DNA from: Gemmatimonadaceae bacterium
Lineage (GTDB): Bacteria > Gemmatimonadota > Gemmatimonadetes > Gemmatimonadales > Gemmatimonadaceae
Assembly: GCA_033763905.1 (NCBI GenBank)
Contig: JANRJP010000094.1
Span: 1-42,472, forward strand
DNA: 42,472 nt
Direction of reading: 5' to 3'
The notes under the pieces are model-generated. The model had not been told where the DNA came from and ran no database searches. It saw only the letters and a list, made by a program, of their open reading frames with translations. Made by a program: the position numbers and the translations under genes. Shown piece by piece: positions 26,354 to 33,366 of the stretch. How positions within the stretch are numbered: position 1 is the first letter of the stretch; each line of letters opens with the position of its first letter.

Positions 26354-27505
26354 ATGCGTGACGCCCCGTCGGTTCTGTCGGCACTCGAACGCACCGGTGA
26401 TGCGCCGGTAGCGCTCGCGACCGTGCTGCGTACCCGCGGCCCGGCATACCGCCGCGCGGGCGCGATGGCGCTGTTCGCCGCCGATGGCCACGTGTTGGCC
26501 GGCGGCGTCAGCGCCGGATGTCTGGAGGACGACGTGGCCGCGCGCGTCGCGTCGACGATCGCGGACGGGCGTCCGCGGCGACTGCGCTACGATGCCGACG
26601 ACAATCCGTTCGCCATTCCGAGCGGCTGCGGCGGACAAGTCGAGATTCTGTTGGAACCCGTCCTCGACGCCGAATCCCGCGCCGGCCTGTGCGGCTGGCT
26701 GCGGGCGATCACGCTCGTCGGCGATGCCGGCGCTGGAGGCATTGTCCTGAGCGGCCGCGCCGACGCGCACGGTGGCTTCACGCGCATTCTCGCGACGTCC
26801 GACGGCGACTGGTGGTTCAACCCGGTGGGCGCCGAGCCGCTGAGCCGCGCGACCCGCGCGGCGCTTCGCGCCGACGCCCCACGCGCCGGCGCGGGCCGCA
26901 TCGGTGGCGTCTACACCTACGAGGCCGTCGACGTCGCGTGGCTCCCCGTGACGCCGACGCCCTTGCTCGCCATCGGCGGCGCGATGCCCGACGCCGCGCC
27001 GATCGCGCGTCACGTGCTGGACCTGGGATGGCGTGTGGTCGTCGTGGAACACCGCGAGGCCCGACGCGAGCGCTTCGGCGTCTCGGGCGTCGAGTGGAAC
27101 CCGGGCGATCCCGCGTCCCTGCACGAGCTGGTGCGCGACGATCGTTGGGCGGCCGCGCTGGTGATGTATCACGCCGAGGCGGCCGACCGCGAGGCGCTCA
27201 CGGCGCTGGTCACCGCGCCCCCCGCGTTCGTTGGCGTGCTGGGCCCGCGCAGCCGCACGGCAAGGCTGCTCGCCGAGACGCCGCTCGCGGACGCCACCGC
27301 GTGGCCGGACTGGCTGCACGCGCCCGTGGGCCTCGACCTCGGCGCCGACGACGCGTCGGAGATCGCCGTAAGCGTCGTCGCCGAGTTGCTCGGCTGGTAC
27401 CGCGGTGCCACGGGAGCGCCGCTGGCACGACGCGAGGGGCCGCTCCACCGCGCCAGCGCACACGCCGAGCTGCTGGGGACGCCCGCCGACTGGTCGACCG
27501 CGTGA
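26354..27505 (+). CDS. XdhC/CoxF family molybdo-hydroxylase accessory protein
   Basis: LATV..TRGPAYRRAGA, GGVSAGCLE, GCGG, FVGVLGPRSR, LHAPVGLDLG...EIAVSVVAE. Confidence 0.9.
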   Translation: MRDAPSVLSALERTGDAPVALATVLRTRGPAYRRAGAMALFAADGHVLAGGVSAGCLEDDVAARVASTIADGRPRRLRYDADDNPFAIPSGCGGQVEILLEPVLDAESRAGLCGWLRAITLVGDAGAGGIVLSGRADAHGGFTRILATSDGDWWFNPVGAEPLSRATRAALRADAPRAGAGRIGGVYTYEAVDVAWLPVTPTPLLAIGGAMPDAAPIARHVLDLGWRVVVVEHREARRERFGVSGVEWNPGDPASLHELVRDDRWAAALVMYHAEAADREALTALVTAPPAFVGVLGPRSRTARLLAETPLADATAWPDWLHAPVGLDLGADDASEIAVSVVAELLGWYRGATGAPLARREGPLHRASAHAELLGTPADWSTA

Positions 27506-28095
27506 CGCTGGGCGCGGTGGTACTCGCCGCCGGAAGTTCGTCCCGGCTCGGCGAGCCCAAGCAGTTGCTACGCACCGCGGCCGGCGTACCACTCCTGCAA
27601 CACACGGTCACCGCCGTGCGCGACAGCGGCGCGGCGCCCATCGTGGTCGCGCTGGGCGCCGTGGTGACGCCCTGCTTGCCACTCTGCGGCGACGCCACCC
27701 CGGTGATCGTCACCGACTGGCAACTCGGGATGGCCCACTCGCTCCGCGTCGCCCTGCAGCGGCTGCACGCCGAGGCCCCCACGCTGGAAGGCGCGTGGAT
27801 CGTGGTGTGCGATCAGCCGGCCTTGTCGGCGACGCTGCTCATTGCGCTGGAAGACGCGTGGCGTCGCACCGGCGCCGATGCCGCCGCGGCGGAGTACGCC
27901 GGTGTGCGCGGCGTACCGGCGCTCCTTGCCCGCTCGTTGTGGCCGCGCCTGCTCGAGCCCGCAACCGGCGTCGACGGTGGCGCCCGCGCGCTCCTGCGTG
28001 ATCCGACCCTCCGGATTGCCGGTGTAGAGTGGCCCGAGGGCAGTTTCGACGTTGATACGCCGGCCGATGCAGCGCGCCTTCGCGCTGCCACGTAG
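27502..28095 (+). CDS. Nucleotidyltransferase, MocA-like (Mo cofactor cytidylyltransferase)
   Basis: VLAAGSSSRLGEPKQLL, WQLGMAHSL, CDQP, GVPAL, DVDTPAD. GTG at 27502 overlaps the xdhC stop. Confidence 0.85.
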   Translation: MTLGAVVLAAGSSSRLGEPKQLLRTAAGVPLLQHTVTAVRDSGAAPIVVALGAVVTPCLPLCGDATPVIVTDWQLGMAHSLRVALQRLHAEAPTLEGAWIVVCDQPALSATLLIALEDAWRRTGADAAAAEYAGVRGVPALLARSLWPRLLEPATGVDGGARALLRDPTLRIAGVEWPEGSFDVDTPADAARLRAAT

Positions 28096-28149
28096 TATTG
28101 CCGCGCGGTCCCTCCACGAACCGCATCCACCTTTTCACCGCCGGATCCG

Positions 28150-29691
28150 ATGTCCCGATTACTCGCGTTGCTCCCGTTGAGTGTGTCAGTCGCACTGCAC
28201 GCCCAGACGCCCTCGCGGCGTCCCGCCGAGGACGCGGCCCCGGTGGCGGCACGCCCCGTGGAATCCAGCACCTCGCGCCCGACGGCGCCGGTGGTCTCGC
28301 GCGGTACCGTCAAGCTCGCATCGGGCAGCACGCTGGCATACACCGCGACGACCGGCGAGATGCCGATCCGCAATCCGCAGACCGATTCGACCGAAGGCTC
28401 GATCTTCTACGTGTACTACCAGCGCGACGGTGCAGGCGAACCGGAAAAGCGCCCGCTGACCATCGTGTTCAACGGCGGCCCGGGTTCGAGCACGGTGTGG
28501 CTGCATATGGGCGCCTACGGCCCGAAGCGCGTGAAGCGGCTCGATGACGGCTCGGCCGGCCCGCCGCCGTACACGTACGAGGACAACCCGTACACGCTGC
28601 TGGATCAGAGCGACCTCGTGTTTCTGGATCCCGTCGGCACCGGCTTCTCGCGTCCCGCGCGACCGCAGGACGGCCCGAAGTTCTGGGGCCTCGACGAAGA
28701 CGTGCGGGCCACCGGCGAGTTCATTCGGCTGTTCCTCACGCGCTACGAGCGCTGGGCCAGCCCGAAGTTCGTCAGCGGTGAATCCTACGGCACCACGCGC
28801 GCCGCGCACCTGAGCGGCTGGCTCGTCGACAACGGCATCGCACTCAACGGCGTCGCGCTGATCTCGACGGTGCTCAACTTCGAGCTCTCGCGCACGGACC
28901 GCGGCAACGACATCGCGTACGCGGGCTACTTCCCGTCGCACGCGTTCACCGGCTGGTTCCACAAGAAGCTCGACGCCGATCTGCAGCGGATGTCGGCCGA
29001 GCAATTCCGCACCGCTGTCGATCAGTTCACCGCGAACGAGTACGTCCCCTTCCTCGCCAAGGGGGACGGCGCCACGACGCCGGCCGAGCGTCAGGCGATG
29101 TACGCCAAGCTCGCCCGCTGGACGGGACTCTCGGTGGACTTCATCACGGCCCACGACGGCCGCATCCCGCTGGCGCACGCGCAGACGAGCTTGCTCGCGA
29201 GTGAACGGAAGATCCACGGCCGCCTGGACAGCCGGTTCACCGCGTACAACACGGACGCGGGATCGGCCAACCCGACGTTCGATCCGAGCGAATCGAACAT
29301 CCGCATCAGCTACACGCCGGTGCTCAACGATTACGTGCGGCGCGTCCTCGGCTGGAAGGATGAGCGTCCGTACTGGATTCTCGGTGGCGGCATCGGACCG
29401 TGGCGCTACGAGCAGGCGAAGTATCCCAATGTCGTGCCGTCGCTCGAGAAGGCCTTTGTGAAGAATCCCGATATGAAGCTCTATGTCGCCCTGGGCTACT
29501 ACGATATGGCGACACCTTACTGGGCCGTGCAGTACACGCTGGACCATATGATTGTCGACCCCAAGGTCCGCGCCGGCTTCCAGAAGGGCTACTTCACCGC
29601 CGGACATATGATGTACATCGACGAAGCGAGCATCAAACAGATGCGTGCGGAACTGCGCACGTTCATCGACAGCGCGCTCCCGCGCCGGTAA
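28150..29691 (+). CDS. Secreted S10 family serine carboxypeptidase
   Basis: FNGGPGSS, DPVGTGFS, GESYG, GYYD, GHMMY; signal peptide. Confidence 0.93.
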   Translation: MSRLLALLPLSVSVALHAQTPSRRPAEDAAPVAARPVESSTSRPTAPVVSRGTVKLASGSTLAYTATTGEMPIRNPQTDSTEGSIFYVYYQRDGAGEPEKRPLTIVFNGGPGSSTVWLHMGAYGPKRVKRLDDGSAGPPPYTYEDNPYTLLDQSDLVFLDPVGTGFSRPARPQDGPKFWGLDEDVRATGEFIRLFLTRYERWASPKFVSGESYGTTRAAHLSGWLVDNGIALNGVALISTVLNFELSRTDRGNDIAYAGYFPSHAFTGWFHKKLDADLQRMSAEQFRTAVDQFTANEYVPFLAKGDGATTPAERQAMYAKLARWTGLSVDFITAHDGRIPLAHAQTSLLASERKIHGRLDSRFTAYNTDAGSANPTFDPSESNIRISYTPVLNDYVRRVLGWKDERPYWILGGGIGPWRYEQAKYPNVVPSLEKAFVKNPDMKLYVALGYYDMATPYWAVQYTLDHMIVDPKVRAGFQKGYFTAGHMMYIDEASIKQMRAELRTFIDSALPRR

Positions 29692-29706
29692 CGCAGGCCG
29701 CACCCC

Positions 29707-29746
29707 ACGACGCCCCCCGCCGAAACTCCTCGGCGGGGGGCGTCGT
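29707..29746. terminator. Perfect 17-bp inverted repeat after the S10 peptidase
   Basis: ACGACGCCCCCCGCCGA-AACTCC-TCGGCGGGGGGCGTCGT; U-tail is weak. Confidence 0.6.
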
Positions 29747-29755
29747 AGTATCGGT

Positions 29756-30658
29756 ATGTTCGCCGTCTCGCCCCGTGTCGCGATTGCCGCGCTGCTCGTT
29801 GCCGTCAGCGCGACGGGATGCGCCGATCCCGCCGCGCCACCGTCCGGCCAACAGCCACCGGTGCAACAGCCGACGTTGCCCCCGTTGGACACGCGTAACT
29901 GGGTCCTGTACGAGATCGAGCAGCAGAACCTTCCGGCCGTTGCGGTCATCGACACGGTGCGCTTCGGCATCGAGCGCACGATCGCCGACTCGTCGGTGTT
30001 GCGCATTCGTCGCGATGGAACGTGGTCGCAGACGCACTACGCGCGATTGATCCGCAACGACACGCTGCTCGCCACGCTCGCACTCCCCGATGAAGGCCGC
30101 TGGACGGCGACCGCCAGCGGCTACGCGTTTACCTCGACGCAAACCGGACGCGCGATCGACGTCACCGTCTCCGCCACGCGGATCGTGACGACGGAACGCA
30201 TCGGCTTGCTCACCGGCGAGCGACGGACCGCAGCGACCTGGGTACCGGCCGACGCGATGCCTGCCCCATCGCCGCTCGTGGGCACCTGGGAAGCCGACTC
30301 GGTGAATGGGCGCGCGATTCCCGCGATCGTCAGCCAAGGCCCGGACGACCCCGGCTTCGAGTGGCAGGTGCAGGTCGACACGGCCCGCTTCGCGATGGCG
30401 CCGAACGGGCGCTACCGCAAGGAACTTTGGGTCAGCGAGTGGCGCGTCTCGGCCAGCGAGCGCTCCATCGTCCGCCGCTTCCGGTTTATCGACGAGGGCA
30501 CCTCGGTCGGCGCCGGCACGGCCGCACAGATGTCGAGCGCGTGGATTCAGAACTACCGCTTCAACGGGACGCGGCTGGCCGCCGAGCGTCTCCGGGTGCA
30601 GCACCCGGTGTACGCTGGCGACCAGCCGCAGGACTTCAGCTACCGACCGCGTCGCTAG
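29756..30658 (+). CDS. Hypothetical lipoprotein with two tandem lipocalin-like beta domains
   Basis: ATG at 29756, lipobox ATGC, Pro/Gln linker, two repeats of the form W..(E/D).....(L/I)PA ... G.(W/Y) ... DEG. Confidence 0.7.
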   Translation: MFAVSPRVAIAALLVAVSATGCADPAAPPSGQQPPVQQPTLPPLDTRNWVLYEIEQQNLPAVAVIDTVRFGIERTIADSSVLRIRRDGTWSQTHYARLIRNDTLLATLALPDEGRWTATASGYAFTSTQTGRAIDVTVSATRIVTTERIGLLTGERRTAATWVPADAMPAPSPLVGTWEADSVNGRAIPAIVSQGPDDPGFEWQVQVDTARFAMAPNGRYRKELWVSEWRVSASERSIVRRFRFIDEGTSVGAGTAAQMSSAWIQNYRFNGTRLAAERLRVQHPVYAGDQPQDFSYRPRR

Positions 30659-30688
30659 TGCGGCGCGGTCGTGTGCATTCGCGAGCCG

Positions 30689-33196
30689 TCACCCGCACTC
30701 GCTGAAGCCGCAGACCTGGCACTTCACGCAGCCTTCGGCGAACTCCAACGAACTGCCGCAGTCCGGACACGTCCCGAGGAACGTCGCGCCCTGCTCCGCC
30801 ATCAGGTCGAACTGCGCGCCCTCATTCGTCGTCGGCGCCGCGGCTCGCACGTACGACGCGCTGGCCGCCACTGGGGACGTGCCGCTCGAGACGCCGGGCA
30901 GTTCCTGCTGCACCCCCTGCTTCTCGCGCGACCAGCGCTCCAGCGCCATCCCAACCGCGTCGGGCACCGAGAGCACCTTGTTCGCGCCGAAGCCCACGGC
31001 GCGGTCACTCGAAATACCGCGCAACTGCTTGATGATCTCGCTCACCGGAATGCCCGACCGGAACGCCAACGAGATCATTCGCCCCATCGCCTCGGCATCG
31101 GCCATCGCCGAGCCGCCGGCCTTGCCCAAGTTGAGGAAGACCTCGAAGGGCTGCCCCTTCTCGTCCTCGGTGATGTTCACGAACATCGTGCCGAGCGGCG
31201 TGTCCATTCGGTAGGTCGTTCCGCGCAGGACGTCGGGGCGTGAACGCTTCGCCCGGCGCTGCAGCAGTTCGCCTTCGATTTCGTGGAGCGCCTTCTTGAG
31301 CCGCGACACCTCGGCGGTGAGCTCGGCAATGGTGCCGTGCAGCTCGCCGACTTCGCGCTTGCTCGTGCCGTTGGCCGCCGCCGGCGCCGATCCGCTGCGG
31401 CTCTCGGAGGCCTTCGCCGTGGCGCCCGTGCTCAACACCTGCGCGTCACGCGAGCCATCGCGATACACCGTGACGCCCTTGCACTTGAGCTCCCACGCCA
31501 GCTCGTAAATGCGGCGCACGTCGTCGACCGTGGCGCTGTGCGCGAAGTTGGTGGTCTTGGAAATCGCCGAATCGCACGACTGCTGGAAGGCCGCCTGCAT
31601 CCGCACGTGCTGTTCCGGCGCAATCACATTCGCCGTCACGAACACCCGCTGCCAGCGCTCGGGCACCTCGGGGAAGTTCACGCGCCCTTCGCGCGCGATG
31701 CGCTCGACCAGCGCGTCGCTGTACCAGCCTTCGCGCTTGGCGATCGCCACGAAGTCGGCGTTCACGTCGGGCATCATCACGCCGGCCTGATTGCGCATAA
31801 AGGCCACCGCAAAGAGCGGCTCCAGGCCGGACGAGCACCCTGCGATGATCGAAATCGTGCCCGTCGGGGCCACCGTCGTGACGTTGCAATGCCGCAGCCG
31901 CCGCATCGGCCGAATGCGCGCGCCGCTGGCATCGCGCGCGCAGGTGTCGTCGGGCCCCCAGATCGACCTCGGCCACTCCGGGAACTCGCCGCGCTCGGAT
32001 GCCAGCTGTTCGGACTCGCGCTTCGCCGCTTCGTCGAGCGTCGCCATCACGCGACGCCCGAGCTCGATGCCTTCGGCCGAATCGTACGGCACGCCAAGGC
32101 GCACCAGCGCGTCGGCAAAGCCCATCACGCCCAACCCGATGCGACGAATGCGCTTCGAGAGGTGATCGATCTCGGGCAGCGGGAAGCGGTTCACGTCGAT
32201 GACGTTTTCGAGGAACCGCGTGCTGAGCGCGACATCGCGTTCGAACGCCACCCAATCCAGCGCCCCGTCGCGCACGTACGCCCCCACGTTGATGCTGCCC
32301 AGATTGCACACGTCGTAGGGCAACAGCGGCTGTTCGCCACAGGGGTTGGTGGCTTCGTAGGCGCCCAGGTGCGGCACCGGGTTGTAGCGATTCGCCTCGT
32401 CGATGAAGAACACGCCGGGCTCGCCCGTCCGCCACGCGCCAAGGATCAGCTTGTCCCACACGGTGCGTGCGTCGAGCGACTTCGTCACCGTCCCGCTCGT
32501 CGGATCCACGAGCTCGTACATCGCGCCGGTTTGCACCGCCTCCATAAAAGCGGAAGTGACACCGACGGAGATGTTGAAGTTCGTGATCTGCGTGAGGTCT
32601 TCCTTGCAGGCGATGAACTCTTCGATGTCCGGATGGTCGACGCGCAGGATGCCCATATTCGCGCCGCGCCGCGTGCCACCCTGCTTCACCGCTTCGGTCG
32701 AGGCGTCGTAGAGCTTCATGAACGACACCGGGCCAGAGGCGACGCCGGTCGTGCTCTTGACCATCGCCCCGTTGGGCCGGAGCCGCGAGAAGCTGAAGCC
32801 CGTGCCGCCGCCGCTCTGGTGAATGAGCGCCATCGCGCGCAGCGTGTCGTAGATGCCGTCGTGGCCGTTGGACAGCGCGTCGGCGACCGGCAACACGAAG
32901 CACGCCGAGAGCTGCCCCAAGGGGCGGCCGGCGTTCATCAAGGTCGGCGAGTTTGGGAGGAAGCGCCCATCGGTCATCAGCGCGTAGAACGCCTCCGCGC
33001 GCGCCTGCACGTCGCCCTCGGTGGCGCCATAGCGGCGGTCGGCCTCGGCAATGACCGTCGCGACGCGCCAGAACAGCGACTCGGCGGTTTCGACGGGCTT
33101 GCCGTCCTTGCCTTTGATCAGGTAGCGCCGCTCGAGAACCGTGCGGGCGTTGGCAGACAGGCCGATCGGACCGGCCGGGGGCGTCGAACTGGGCAT
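30689..33196 (-). CDS. nrdJ: Class II (adenosylcobalamin-dependent) ribonucleotide reductase, dimeric type, with C-terminal TSCPD domain and Zn ribbon
   Basis: NSPTLMNAG, LSACFV, GGGTGFSFS.LRP, QGGTRRGANM, TNPCGEQPL, CNLGSIN, APTGTIS, KGVTVYRDGSR, CPDCG...CQVCGFSEC. ATG at 33196 with a GAGGT SD. Confidence 0.95.
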   Translation of the reverse strand: MPSSTPPAGPIGLSANARTVLERRYLIKGKDGKPVETAESLFWRVATVIAEADRRYGATEGDVQARAEAFYALMTDGRFLPNSPTLMNAGRPLGQLSACFVLPVADALSNGHDGIYDTLRAMALIHQSGGGTGFSFSRLRPNGAMVKSTTGVASGPVSFMKLYDASTEAVKQGGTRRGANMGILRVDHPDIEEFIACKEDLTQITNFNISVGVTSAFMEAVQTGAMYELVDPTSGTVTKSLDARTVWDKLILGAWRTGEPGVFFIDEANRYNPVPHLGAYEATNPCGEQPLLPYDVCNLGSINVGAYVRDGALDWVAFERDVALSTRFLENVIDVNRFPLPEIDHLSKRIRRIGLGVMGFADALVRLGVPYDSAEGIELGRRVMATLDEAAKRESEQLASERGEFPEWPRSIWGPDDTCARDASGARIRPMRRLRHCNVTTVAPTGTISIIAGCSSGLEPLFAVAFMRNQAGVMMPDVNADFVAIAKREGWYSDALVERIAREGRVNFPEVPERWQRVFVTANVIAPEQHVRMQAAFQQSCDSAISKTTNFAHSATVDDVRRIYELAWELKCKGVTVYRDGSRDAQVLSTGATAKASESRSGSAPAAANGTSKREVGELHGTIAELTAEVSRLKKALHEIEGELLQRRAKRSRPDVLRGTTYRMDTPLGTMFVNITEDEKGQPFEVFLNLGKAGGSAMADAEAMGRMISLAFRSGIPVSEIIKQLRGISSDRAVGFGANKVLSVPDAVGMALERWSREKQGVQQELPGVSSGTSPVAASASYVRAAAPTTNEGAQFDLMAEQGATFLGTCPDCGSSLEFAEGCVKCQVCGFSECG

Positions 33197-33245
33197 CGCG
33201 GCTACCTCGGAGACTCCGGAGCGCCCTCGCGCTAACCGGACGCGA

Positions 33246-33274
33246 AACATAGGCGGCAAGTCTCGGTGGCGCGA
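33246..33274 (-). promoter_or_regulatory. Putative sigma70-type promoter of nrdJ
   Basis: Minus strand TCGCGC-17 nt-TATGTT, about 50 nt upstream of the ATG. Confidence 0.4.
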
Positions 33275-33279
33275 CTCCG

Positions 33280-33318
33280 GGAAAACGACAACGGGGGGCG
33301 CTTGCGCGCCCCCCGTTG
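33280..33318 (-). terminator. Intrinsic terminator between the two RNR genes
   Basis: Minus strand CAACGGGGGGCGC-GCAA-GCGCCCCCCGTTG then TCGTTTTC (13-bp stem, GNRA loop, U-tract). Confidence 0.75.
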
Positions 33319-33366
33319 CCTGCCGACCGATCGTACCGGGACGACCGGCCGACCCTCCATTCGTGC

